A stretch of DNA of 64,000 bases from Owenia fusiformis (Eukaryota): contig CAIIXF020000001.1 in the NCBI GenBank assembly GCA_903813345.2, positions 25,172,001 to 25,236,000 of the forward strand, in the 5' to 3' direction. How positions within the stretch are numbered: the first letter of the stretch is position 1; each line of letters opens with the position of its first letter. Under the pieces are notes generated by a model that saw only the letters and a program-made list of their open reading frames with translations, was not told where the DNA came from and ran no database searches. The translations under genes were made by a program, and so were the position numbers. Below, in pieces: positions 36,795 through 49,737 of this stretch.

Positions 36795-39723
36795 TAGTTC
36801 GGAGTAGGGATACTAGCGGTTACTGTTGGTTATTTGGTTTCCTGTATAAAAATACCTTCTCTCCTTTTCCGGCCCGTCGCAGCGCCATCTAGTGTTTGAT
36901 AAATGAATCAAATGTTTATTCTCGAAAGGGTAGGTACTAATCTATCAGTAAATATTTACAAGTTTGGTTAGAAACAGAATTTTTAGAGATGGCGGAGTGA
37001 TTTTCGAGACTATGTAGAGCAGAATAATTTTCTGAAACAGGTAGCTTTACCGTGGTAGCTCTCTCCAGATTCAGTTATCTCAAAAACGGTGTGGTCACCG
37101 TATCATTATTTTATAACGGCAAGCTAGACAAGACTCCAATGAACACTAGGCACTGTTTCGCTGAGCTAGATCTGTGCCCATGAATATATTATGACATGAA
37201 ACGTTATAATGGTCCTCAATGGGATTTTTAACTGCAATCTTGACCCTATTAGCAACAGGGTGGTGACAGTACTAGGGTGGGAAATCGCGTTATTTTTGTA
37301 AAAAATTCACTTTCTTTGCAATGTGTACCTTGCATCTCTAAGAAATATCAAATAATCCGAAGAATTAGCCATTTAGATTTTCGCTGATTCAGCATTTTTC
37401 ATTTTTTTACCTAAAAATCACAGGTTTTGACCATTTTTGGCCTGTATTTTGTTACAGGATGGCCCAAGAGGGCTGTTAGTGCTGGTTTTGAGAGGTTGTT
37501 GACAGGCTTTCATGAAATGATTATGAAATTTAAGGATTTAGTCATTATCATAACATGTAATACAGCTTTTTCCTTTGTGTTTGAATTTTTCTTGAAAATA
37601 GATGACAAAATTGACACCTTTAACCCCAGAGAATGACTAAATATGGCGGAAAACAGCTACTAATATGTAATTAAAACAAGAACATTTCTATGCAAAACTG
37701 GTATTATTTTCAAATTTAGAAGCTCATTTACTGAAAATTAATCACTAAATGATGGATAGTTTGGGGTGATTTTTGATCGAAAATGACCAAATTTGACCAT
37801 TTTTTGTTTCATGGCCCTAAAATGAATGACCCCGGGGTTAACAAAGTAGCTATTAAAGCTTTTCTATTGGTGCGATATGGCTTAAATTGCACAAAAAGTT
37901 TAGAAACACTCTAATGTTTAAGAAAAACAAACTTTCTGGCACAAAATCATTCAACCATGTCACTATTAGAATATAGTTCGGAGTAGGGATACTAGCGGTT
38001 ACCGTTGGTTATTTGGTTTCCTGTATAAAAATACCGTCTCTCCTTTTCCGGCCCGTCGCAGCGCCATCTAGTGTTTGATAAATGAATCGATGTTTATTCT
38101 CGATAGGGTACTAGGTACTAATCGGTTCCTAGTCAACTCGAACCTTAGTTAACTCGGACCCTAGTCAACTTGGACCCTAGTCAACTCGGACCCTAGTCAA
38201 CTTGGACCTATGTATTTTTTTATATTTTTCTTTAGTTTGAGCATTAAAATGATAAGTAATACATAAAAACAACATTAATTATATATAATTGTTAGATAAA
38301 ACAATGGTTGGTACATGTAATGGTAAAAAATAATTCTGACACTTTTGAATCAATCATAAACCATTCAGCCTTGTTGTGAAATCATATACTGGTAGTAATA
38401 AATATTTATAGGCTAACCAAAAGTTTGATTTTACATGAAACCAGTTAATTTGTCTTACAAATAAATAGTATGTGACAATAAATTAGTAAATCAATGTGAA
38501 TTAAATGCTGTAACCTCGATTCTTCAAACCAAGTTAAAAGGGGTAAATATGTTAAATAAATTGAAAGCCCATGATTTTTAAGGAATTTCTTAATCAAAGT
38601 AAAAGATTAACCAAATGATAACACCATATTTGATAATTTTGTAATTTGTAATTGTAATTCTTTGATTTATTTCAAATTCCCCACTCATTGAATATTTTAC
38701 CAAGGTCACCAAATCATTTAATAATTGTATTTCCATATTTGAAGCTTTGAAATATGAAATAAAAATATGTAATGAAATACTGTAATCATGTATTTTCGAC
38801 AAACAGAAAGTAATTTTACACCCATGTTTAGAAAATTAATTTGGAAATAAAATTGTTTAAAACACAAATGTGCTAACACATTTACCCATACTGTATCTTG
38901 GAATTAATGTAATACCTCTATATTTTGTTTACTTCAACACCCTAATTAAATGCTTATCAGAGGATATAAGATTTCTTAATTAGGTTTCTTAGTCAAAGTT
39001 ATTATAACACCATTATACACAACAAGGTAAATTGAATTCATTTGTTTAAAAACATAGTATAGTTCCAATTCTATATAAAGTCAATATTTAATTATAAAGA
39101 GCTATTTGATCACACATTACGCAAATAGCATAAGAATATAAAGGTTTTAAAAGATTGATTTTGACTCATCAGAAATATACATAAACATCATTATTTAAAG
39201 ATTTCAGTAATGCATTAAATTATATCTTAAACTATTCCAATATTCTTAATAGTTAATTGCTTTCACCTCTAACTTAGCAAAAACCTCTGATTTACATTGA
39301 ATATAACTGGTTCCGAGTTAACTAGGGTCCAAGTTGACTAGGGTCCGAGTTAACTAGGGTCCGAGTTGACTAGGGTCCGAGTTAACTAGGGTCCGAGTTG
39401 ACCAGATACCTACTAATCTATCAGGAAATATTTACAAGTTTGGTTAGAAACAGAATTTTTAGAGATGGCGGAGTGATTTTCGAGACTATGTAGAGCAGAA
39501 TAATTTTCTGAAACAGGTAGCTTTACCGTGGTAGCTCTCTCCAGATTCAGCTATCTCAAAAACGGTGTGGTCACCGTATCATTATTTTGTAACGGCAAGC
39601 TAGACAAGACTCCAATGAACACTAGGCACTGTTTCGCTGAGCTAGATCTGTGCCCATGAATATATTATGACATGAAACGTTATAATGGTCCTCAATGGGA
39701 TTTTTAACTGCAATCTTGACCCT
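36795..39723. mobile_element. Head-to-tail tandem of a 1.17-kb TAG...CTA element with an 8-bp target repeat
   Basis: Unit 1 at 36795-37965; unit 2 at 37974-39723 (first ~455 bp only, nearly identical); ttagaata at 37966-37973 and 39724-39731, tttgaata at 36787-36794. Confidence 0.65.
38124..39410. mobile_element. 1287-bp foldback-type DNA transposon with 16-bp subterminal repeats
   Basis: 8-bp TSD tactaatc (38116-38123, 39411-39418), single in the paralogous empty site near 36935; GG...CC ends; 5 left and 6 right inverted units tagtcaactcggaccc. Confidence 0.9.
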
Positions 39724-41473
39724 TTAGAATAAGTCGATCATCGGGAACTTAGTTTCCAGATAAAATATCAAAATATCATATACGTATATTATCTCTTTTT
39801 CGAATTATGTTAAGAATGCAGATTTGCAATCAAAAATCAAATGATATTTATTTATTTAATTTAATTACAATAATTTCTATAATGTATTATATATTATATA
39901 CTTCATTATACTTCACTTTATATACAAAAATATGAATCGTTTGAGATTCAGTGCAATTGATTACCATTATCAATTCGATAATTTATTTTATCAAAATTTA
40001 TCAATTTGATAATTTATATATAAATTGGCAGTTGAGTGAAAAACTAAATATACTTGGAGTATGCCAAATAGGTGGTTATTCAGGTCAAAATGTTGACCTC
40101 GAAAAAACTTTAGTTTAGTGTCCAGTACCCAGGCTTTGAGTTATATTTATATATCATTTTTATACGATTCAGGCTCCTTACCAATTTGTTCAAAAGATGG
40201 CATTCTCAGAGTCCAAAATAGCATCATAGTTTTTCATAAATTAATTATTTCCTTACATGTGTTTTTGTAACTGTATCGAGAACATAGGAAAAACAATTGA
40301 GAGAATACGTTTCCGAGAGCATCACTCAATTTCAATTCAAATACTATGACGAGAGACTACTAAAAATGTAGTCCTTTAGAATAAAAATGTAATAAAATGG
40401 CATATGCGAATGCGAGTATTTGGATAACTAATTAGGATTTCTCAACACTCATTTGTGGTCATTTTGATACACTAAACGTTTTCTCTTTTTAGAGGATGTA
40501 AAAGTACATTGGAGACATCTCAGAATTCCCTCCTATATTCAAGCGTTTGCAATTAGGTTATTCCAGATTTCCTAATATTCACTACCGGCAACTTTAAAAC
40601 GCTAAATGTTGTCTCGTTCCATGAAAAGATAATATTTAATATACTATCTATCGAACACCTTCTGTTGTTTCTATTGACATACTAGTACATTGCATAGCAT
40701 GATTTGTTCTTTGAACAAGGGCATCAACATATAGCTTTGAAATCGTCTTCCTATATTGTATCAGATGAAAGGCCAAAATCAATACGTGACTATCTTTGAA
40801 CTTTATTGTTTCACGTAAAATATCTACTGCACCCTATACTTATCAGAATATTTATTCCTTACTAATTAAACGGAAAATAGAAAAGGCCGAGATAAAAGCA
40901 GAGAATGGTCCAAACTATAAAGAGAGCTAACATTACATTTTAAAGAGGAACCCCCAAACTTTGTTTCATCATATCAGTTCCAGTCAAACCTGTGCATGAA
41001 GGAGAGTGACGTCGCACGAATAATAATGATGTGCTAAAACCATGGTCAGGCCTAATGGCAACATTCTGTGTTCTCCTGTTCTATGTCATTCTCAAGGTCT
41101 TTTAGGATTGGGATGATCAGTATTGACGCTTTCTTAAGCATTCTCAGATAAGATTGGCCTAAATACATGTAGTTTATGTCACAGTTATTGCAAACCATGT
41201 ATTTGCATATTATCAACTGATTCAGGCGATATCACTCTTGACACCATGCCAAAACTGACTTGAACATTTTTGTTTCACATCTCCTGTAAACTATTTGTAC
41301 ATAAGATGTGATAGTTCAAATAATTAAATTCCTATATATATATATCCCAAACAATGAAACTATAGAAATATAAACACCATATTCAACTAGCGTTTCAGTA
41401 ATACACGAGCGAGGTACTGTTGACTAGAGATTTTTAAATACTGAAATCATATATAATATCATGAATATATATC

Positions 41474-42604
41474 TTACACGCCGGTCCCATATTTATTTGG
41501 ATTTGATATAATATCATGAAGTTCAATGTTGCTATGTTGGCGGGTTTTGGGACTGGATAATCTTTGCCCTCCGTGGTAAATAATATGGTGGTCAGTTCCG
41601 TCGTGAGTGAGGCAGGTTGTCCCGTTGCCATGTAATCCATTCTTGCCCCCGTTACAGTTTCTGCACTTGCGTTTGATGCATTGTTGAACGTCATGCATCC
41701 GGACGCCATAGATGATGGGATCACTAATCGTGTTTATCAAGGGGAGAAAACAGATGAAGTTGTAATAGACGTCAGAATGCAAGATGGTGACAGATTTCTC
41801 ATCGACCAATCGCATGACCGTAAAAACGAAAAATCGGTACATCAAAAAAGGTAGCCATGTGAGAACCAAAGTCGCGAGGACGATCATCGTAGTAACAAAT
41901 GCCTTGCGATTCTGTTCCAAATTCGCGCAGTGTGTATAGCTAGATTGTCTAGCTCTATACGCCTGGACCTTTATCAAGGCTTTCATATACAGCACCACGA
42001 TCGTTATGACTTCTATTATCAATACAATTGCAAAGATCCACTCGGCCGATTGAAAAACAGAGTGTTCTGCTGGGCAAGCCTGCCAGTTTGTGTGCGCCAA
42101 TGGGGTAAGAACAATCATGAAGGGTAAAATCAGCGACACAACCCAAATGAAACATATTGCAATTATAGTTCTAGTCCTAGTCACGATGCTTTGGTAGTGA
42201 AGTGGTCGACATATCCCAATATACTGGTTTATGGCTAAGGCGAGTAATGATAGAATTGACACAGTGTCGAACAATCTAAATAGCGCATCCATTATCATTG
42301 TGAAGCATGAAGAATCTGGTTTGAGTACTTCATTGATAATTTCATCCACGAGAAACATTGTGCTTTCGCCCAAGTCTCCGAATAGTAAGTTGATAATAAT
42401 CAAGTGCGTGCTGTTACATTTTCCGGGCATGAGGCGTATCAATGTGATAAGCAGAGAGTTAGCTATGATGGAGGTCCCGCAAAGGAGGCACACAATCACA
42501 AGCGAATGTCTGTTGTAAAACATCTCTGCGTGTGATGGCTCTGACGTTGTGTTCGTAACATTTGGATATGTGTTCATCATAAGTGTATCCATTGTTGAAG
42601 CCAT
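41474..42604 (-). CDS. Class A (rhodopsin-like) orphan GPCR, 376 aa, single coding exon; melanocortin/adenosine-receptor-like motifs
   Basis: 7 hydrophobic segments; TM1 ANS, TM2 NLLFGD, TM3 LALAINQY-ICRPLHY, TM4 W, TM6 TWLP, TM7 DPIIY; N-terminal NxT sites; first ATG at 42604. Confidence 0.93.
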   Translation of the reverse strand: MASTMDTLMMNTYPNVTNTTSEPSHAEMFYNRHSLVIVCLLCGTSIIANSLLITLIRLMPGKCNSTHLIIINLLFGDLGESTMFLVDEIINEVLKPDSSCFTMIMDALFRLFDTVSILSLLALAINQYIGICRPLHYQSIVTRTRTIIAICFIWVVSLILPFMIVLTPLAHTNWQACPAEHSVFQSAEWIFAIVLIIEVITIVVLYMKALIKVQAYRARQSSYTHCANLEQNRKAFVTTMIVLATLVLTWLPFLMYRFFVFTVMRLVDEKSVTILHSDVYYNFICFLPLINTISDPIIYGVRMHDVQQCIKRKCRNCNGGKNGLHGNGTTCLTHDGTDHHIIYHGGQRLSSPKTRQHSNIELHDIISNPNKYGTGV

Positions 42605-45600
42605 ATTTGCGATGTTTAGTCCTTTTGGCCAGCCTTTTCGTATTTTCACCAATATCACCTACTTTGTCCTCAAATCGCGAATAATGAGTCTGCTTTAGCA
42701 AAGCAGGATAGTTGTTACTTTAATATCGCACTTTACTTTTCAGACATCCAATCTGGTGCGGATCGTCACAAGATCTGGAAATAAATATAAATGTACATCA
42801 TCTGCCAGCCAACACAAATGTTTATGCTCTTGTAAAGATCTTGTAAGGCATTTTTTGTAAAATGTCATTCTTAATTCCATTCAATCAAAATATTTTGATT
42901 TTGAACAATGTATTTTACTTAATGTAAAAATATTGACATGGAAATTTGAAAATGTTAACCCATTAATTCATTTTTGTTAGTTATCATCAAGAATACACTA
43001 TTAAGTACGACTGGAATATGCATATTTAAAACCATTTATTCGAATTTAGCTACCCTTATACGAAATGTGAACATTTAATGTCATATTTAAGTACATAAGA
43101 TTGAAACGAATTTTCCGTACTTACCAATCCTTTGAACCAATGCCCTTTTGTATATATCAAATGATATAGGAAATAGTAAGTTAAGTGCTGTATTTCTAAA
43201 TACTTACTACATCCCGGTTCCCAATTTAGAGAGCATCTGATTTTTATAAAAAAGCAACACATCTAGTTCAGTCTGTTATGAAGTAGGATTTCCTGCTGCC
43301 TGCTAGTGCAATGTATTTAATGTTGACTCATTTCACTGACAAAAAATCTGGGATTCGTAATGTTGAATATCTAACTACAGATACTAGCCTGTAAGATGAG
43401 AGATTGTTTTACTTTTACGGGAGTCTTCTGTTGTAAGAACACCATACGACTCTCTGTTTATTGTGGAAACGTAAATTCTGATACATACAAGTGTTCCCGC
43501 TTTGAACCATACTTTGTACATGAACCCAAGATATTTGCGTATAATTTGGAAAGTGATTCACTTCAATGACCAAAACGTTACCTTAATTATGCATTTTAAG
43601 TAAAACTGGTTAGTGTTAAGGTGCGTGTTGTGAACTAAAGATAGAATACTATCACAGGCTGAATTTATCCAGTGCTGTCGATGGCAGAAAGGCAATAGCC
43701 TCACCGAGCTCAAGTTTACAACAATTGAAAAAACAAATAAAATCAGAAGTGCATCTAAACACTGTTAAATGTCGGGTTAAATGTCTTTCCGATTCCATGC
43801 ATTCTTTAATAACGCCTGATCGGAGGTAACCCGGTACATGTCATTATTCACTAAATTTCACTCAAATTCCATCTTTATTTCAAAGCTTTTCACTCCTAAT
43901 CGGAGGTGATCCAGTACATGTTCTCATTGGGAAATTACTAAATTCGACTGTAATCGCTCGACACTCGCCAATTCCATCTATAAAAAGGCTTTTCATGTCT
44001 TAGATGTGATGGCAGCGAAGTTAACTGGTGATCTGAAGGATGGGCATTATGGTTGAATATCGAAGTGGTTTTACGTTTATTGTTTCTGGTTACAATTGAA
44101 AATGTGCATTCCTTTGATTTTGAAACCTTGTTGCGGTTACGTCTGTGTGATTTCCCAGTTTTGTGAACTTGATAATGAAAGTTCAAACCACATTTCAAAT
44201 CTTTAATAAGCATCTTTTTGTCCAAGATAAATGCCAGATTACGTGTGGACTAGTTGACAAGTTGACTAGTGTGGACTAGTTGACTGATAGCTCGGATAAG
44301 TGGTTTCTTCTTTCATGTTCTTGATGATAATATTTGTCATGATCATGGTCTGGTAGTATTTCGTAAATTAAAGTCTAGTATATCATATCGACGTTTTGTT
44401 TGTAAAATTTCGATGGCATTGGCCGAGAATATGTTATGTGTGTGGTATTTTCAGTGTGTAGAGTTGTTCTCTAAAACTTTTGTTCGTAGAAATGAGGTTA
44501 ATCTTTACCTGAAGATGATTGATGGTCAGACGAAAGCCTGGAGATAATATATTGCTCTTGCAACTCAAAATCAGTCCAAAATAGAAATCCTAGCAGTCTG
44601 TTTGTTATACTATCGATGGGGTTGATAAAAACTACCTATTCTGAATATATCAAGATCAGGAACTGAAAAATGCTCACCTCGAAGCAACATGAAATGTATC
44701 AAAATTTTTGTTGAGAGTGTGCTTCACGTATTTCCTGAGGACAAATATACTTTCTAGGTGAGCAAGGTTTTTTCAAGGCTAACTTTGGTATTTACCGAAA
44801 ATAAGTTTTTTGAAATCGTTATAGATTTTCTGCGGAGACCATAGTGTTAATGTGTACTGAACCGTAATCAGTTTATGTTCATAACATCCTATTTTTGAAT
44901 AGAAACCTTATTCGTTCAGGCTATTTTCGAACAATTCATACGATATGCCACTTAAGAATTCGTTTCTGTATAAGAATTTTTATGAAAATGAATAATTTTA
45001 TTTTACTTTGCATTCTAAAGTCTGTTCATCGGTAACATGCGTGAGTCTTCTGTCATGATGAAAACTTTCCTAACTTGACTTGAAGTTGCATCTCTATGAA
45101 GTATCGGGAACGATATGGTGAACTGAATTCAACATTGTTCCTCTTAAACCAATTATTGAAAATATTCTGTAAAAAACACGATCCAAAAATGGTCACTGAT
45201 TGACAACAATTTAATGTGAAAATTATTTATACAATTGTTTTTGAGAACATTTGTTTCATAGTGCAATTAGTTTTTGTTCTTTTCTACCAATTCTTGAGGA
45301 TGAAATAAAATATCTATCCGAACCAAAATTGCATAAAGAACAAATTTGAGATCTCTCAATATTATAGTTATACAAAGGAAAGTTTGGTTCATTTTAAAAA
45401 AGCATCCCAAAAAATAATATAATCATACCAAAATAGATAAAAATTACAGTATACCTTTAATTTCATGAACAAGATACTTATTCTAAATGAACAAAACTTT
45501 CTTTTGTACAATTACAATATTGAGAGACCAAAAATTGGTAGATATTTTTTTTTCAAATTAAATTGATTCCATTCAAAAGATGACAATAAATTGACATGCA

Positions 45601-45967
45601 ATTTTTTTCAGAATTTGTCGATGACGTGTTTAAGAGTAACACGTGTTCAATTTAGTTCATCATATCCTTTCATGAAATCCATTTTATAAGATTTGCTTTA
45701 TATACGCTATCTTAATACAATAGATGTGATGATCAATTGTCCGGCCGACCCACTTATTTTTTTGACCCAAAGGAAATGCTTGACTTTTGTTTGTTTTCGT
45801 GTGTGCGCGACTTTTTGATTTATCTTTGTACAGTGTCTGCAGTCAGCGCTACCAACACGGAAGATGTTAGATGTGTATTACCCATGAAATGAACTTTAAA
45901 CAATTTTAGACTGTGAAACTTGTCCTGAATCACAAGGACAAGTATCACCAGTGTCGAGAGTGTGTCA

Positions 45968-46030
45968 TTGGCTCACATAGTGAGCCTATGGGATCGACCA
46001 GGCGTCCGTCCGTCCGTTGGTCCGTCCTTT
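45968..46030 (+). mobile_element. Possible Helentron-associated (HINE/DINE-like) end fragment
   Basis: Short hairpin ggctcacatagtgagcc followed by a (gtcc)n microsatellite. Confidence 0.35.
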
Positions 46031-46523
46031 TTCTATTTTGATTCACTTTATCTTGTTTTTCAATTTTATATTTTCATTGATCAGTTGTTATTCAAACGGT
46101 ATGAATCCGTAACGTTTTAAAATGTAGCACATTGCACCACTTCATGGTTCAAAACGCTGCGTGACATAAGACCGAAATTTGAAATTATGTTTTCCCTCCG
46201 TTTTTCCTATAGATGATGTACTACATCATTAATTAAGATTCTCGAACTTGGCGGCTTCATGTTTGCAATAGAATCCGACCTTCATATTAATGCGTCGCGC
46301 ACACACGAAACAATTTAACCCCTTGCTTGCACATAATAAACAGTGAATACTTACTTTATTGAAGGTTCACCATTGACATTGCCTCATATCAGGAGATGTC
46401 CATTACATGCCTTTGGGTGATCAATAATCACATGGATTAAAGTGTAACCGATTTTAGAAGTATTCTAAGTTTCATAATTTGTTGTCATGGTAACATGTAT
46501 TGCTAACATGTATCACATCCTTA

Positions 46524-46828
46524 CAAGGAGGATTGGCTCCCAGAGTGCAACATCGATATTCTGTCCCATATATGGGCATGTCGTGATACAAAATTCGAAT
46601 TCAAACAGCCACCATTTTGTTCACTTCAGTATTTGAATCGTGAATATTGGTCTTGTTTCCGAACGAAAAATTCCAAAACTCAGGAGAAATGATCGAGATA
46701 TTGGTTCGAATCTTTTGGACTGTTTATTTTGAATTTATAGTCAGTTATAATTTCAGAAAATAACGACATTTCGACGATTTCATTGTTGGAAAATATCGAG
46801 TTTCGATCCTGGGAGCCAATCCTCCTTG
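46524..46828 (+). mobile_element. MITE with 9-bp TSD (CAAGG family), copy 2
   Basis: 20-bp TIR CAAGGAGGATTGGCTCCCAG; TSD acatcctta at 46515-46523 and 46829-46837. Confidence 0.9.
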
Positions 46829-46846
46829 ACATCCTTAGCTTGTTAA

Positions 46847-47060
46847 CAAGGAGGATTGGCTCCCAGAATGCAACATCGATATTCTGTCCCATATATGGGG
46901 ATGCCCAAAACTCACAAACAATGATCGAGATATTGGTTCGAATCTTTTGAACTGTTTATTTTAAATGTATAGTCGGTTATAATTTCAGAAAATAACGATA
47001 TTTCGACGTTTTAATTGTTGGAAAATATCGAGTTTCGATCCTTGAAGCCAATCCTCATTG
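46847..47060 (+). mobile_element. MITE with 9-bp TSD (CAAGG family), copy 3
   Basis: Same TIR; TSD gcttgttaa / gcttgttag at 46838-46846 and 47061-47069. Confidence 0.85.
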
Positions 47061-48306
47061 GCTTGTTAGGTTAAAACCTACGGCTTCTTGAAGTCAAAAT
47101 GATATACCAAATATGTTAAATTTCAATAACTCCCCTAATTCGATGCCATAATAACAATCATTGCCAAAAGTCTGTTGAACCCTAAAAATATGTTTATAGT
47201 TGTTACCAAAAACTTCGAGTCAAATTGAAGAATTGAAGACTACTTCCAACATAAAAGTAGTAGTGACATGCGAAGCTGAGCCCGATATACATTGTTTAAA
47301 ACGCACCCAAATCAATATACTCGTATAAATATACAAATTAAAGGTCCATCAGACATGTTCACTTAAAGCAAATCAACCATTAGGTAAAAATGATTTTAAA
47401 CTTACTTTTTTATGTGTTGCTGTTGACTGTTGACATAACCGTAGGTCATCAAAGCGAAACAAGCGTTAAAGTGTCCTCTACATTAATACGTTTTTAAAAT
47501 GGATATGAAAAAGTTTTTTCTAAATGCTATCATTAGCGATTTTTAAATGCTATCATTAGCAATTTATCAATTATCTAGGGATATGAATGAGGACAAATGA
47601 GAACAATTGCTGACGATTTGCTTCCAATTTTGAAGAATTTCAATTTATTGATAATCGTCATAATTTTCTACAATTCACTATCAATTTCAATTACAACACA
47701 ATTACATGTACATTTATAATGCCCATCCATGTTATCTACAACTTAATTATACAACAACTACATATTTATTTCGAGAGAATAACAATGTTCCATTTAGTAT
47801 TTCATACATTTCTGTTATGTGTCTGTCTTTCTGGATGATCATTGGTATTCCTTAATAACTATATCATATATCATTTTAATGAAGATTAAAAACTTGTAAT
47901 GAAGATAAATGTCGGATGATATTTAACAAAAATTGTGCATCTAAGTAATTTTCTAACTTAGATCATCGAAAGGTAAGGAGTGCGAAAGTGTTATGTCGAT
48001 TCGTTCACCCATTACCCACACGTAACGATATTGTTTTAAATATTACGGTGTGAATACATAAACCAAAACTATAAGTACGACACTCTGTTTGATAAGTCCA
48101 CTAAGAAAAAATAAGGTATGCTTCATCTGCTACATATGCTTCCCTCACACCAAAAACATACTCATTAAAACTTTAGAGGTAATTTGAAACCAAGGGTCAT
48201 TTTGAAATTGTTGCAACCCTTCAAAATTGGTTCCATTAAATAACCCATCCTAATAATATACTATTTTCATTTAGTAATCAGCAGAAGTTCAAAATGATAC
48301 ACGATT

Positions 48307-48850
48307 AGAAACAAGTCAAATTCTTTACTTCAGAGAATATTTTTAATTTATTGAGACTTTCGACTAATATCCCTTAGTCTTTTTCAAAATATAACAGCAT
48401 GTATACATTTATGTGACGTCATAAACAGACAATGGAAAATTTAATTATGTAACAAATGACCTAGTAACCTAAAAAATAACAACAACAAAAAACATAGATA
48501 CGAAAAAACGAATGACCTAATAATAACCTTAAGATAAATATATCATCGTTATGGTAACAATTAAACTCAAATATTACTATTGCATACTTTGCTATACCAT
48601 TCTTAATTTACAATATTTTATGATACAAATTGTCCAACTGATATCCATTATCTCTGTTCATTTTAGGTTGCATTGTTTTAATATGAATTGCTTCCTTAAC
48701 CCTACGTTTAAGATCATGACTCTCATTATCAATGATTTTTACATTGTTACATATACATGCTGTTATATTTTGAAAAAGACTAAGGGATATTAGTCGAAAG
48801 TCTCAATAAATTAAAAATATTCTCTGAAGTAAAGAATTTGACTTGTTTCT
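48307..48850. repeat. Perfect 99-bp inverted repeat with a 346-bp spacer
   Basis: 48307-48405 is the exact reverse complement of 48752-48850. Confidence 0.92.
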
Positions 48851-49737
48851 GATATATTAACCAGAGAGATGAACTTACATAGATACACGATTATATTTTG
48901 ACCCATGTTTGCTCAACTATTTTGAGGAGAGAATTGACAAGTGCATGTATATAAATGAATAAATTAATACATGGATAGAACTTAAAAATAGAACGCTTAT
49001 GATCTTATGAATTAGCCTTTTAAGAATATGATTTATATCGAGTAACTTTCCCCCGAGCATATAAACGTTTCTGCCTATATACAGTATGCTAATATACACA
49101 TACGAATTACACCGATACACATTCATTTTAATTGAAATAAGCTCAGGGGGATTTTCAGAGAATTACTGCACACTTCGCAAATAAATAAAGTATCACAGAA
49201 GACAAAAGACCCGTCAAACAATCCATCCATTGAATAGCAGTTATTGCAACAGTAAATAAATACTATCTTTTTATACAATGGGATTAGAAATTGATTTGTC
49301 AATAGAGGATATCATGATTTCAGGCTACACATGATTAATTAAGTATGATGATATCTTAATAAGTATTTACAAACGAAAATCTTCTTTTGTTCAATTTGAT
49401 TTCGTTCCTCGAACTATTTTCTTTCGCCCAGTGATATTATTTGGTTTCCCTAGTTACCACTTATTTTCTGTTTCCGCAGAACCCAGAGTGCTTATTTGAT
49501 TTTTAGTTGTTTGTGTGTGTAAGTTGTTTAGATGATGCCATATTATAAACACTCGCAACATTCCGAAGTAATGGCTTTTCGTCAGTTCTTGAAAGTATGG
49601 CGTAAAAACGTGTAATTCTTCTTTGCTGTTTAGTTATTTCCTGTCATTCTGATGTATCAGCTCCCTTCTTAAATGCAATATATCGCTTGCGAGGATGAAG
49701 AGTAGATACAGCGGTTATCTCAATGACTAGTTCACAT

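Larger units (their letters stand above)
36233..40043 (+). repeat. ~412-bp tandem duplication; second copy split by nested insertions
   Basis: Copy 1 at 36233-36644; copy 2 at 36645-36794 resumes at ~39724-40043. Confidence 0.8.

Noticed and set aside
38130..39404. 16-bp repeat arrays resembling CRISPR or iterons
   Set aside because: No unique spacers; arrays are inverted at the two ends of a TSD-flanked element in a eukaryote
36790..39723. LTR retrotransposon or TRIM reading of the ~455-bp direct repeats
   Set aside because: No TG...CA ends, PBS or polypurine tract; the thrice-repeated 8-mer favours a tandem DNA element, though this is not proven
42605..42658. 18-aa N-terminal extension of the first GPCR in the ORF track
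   Set aside because: Starts at GTG; the first ATG (MASTMD) at 42604 parallels the paralogue's MASS start
45791..46313. ~20-bp inverted repeat tttcgtgtgtgcgcgac as a MITE
   Set aside because: Single instance, no clear TSD, boundaries undefined
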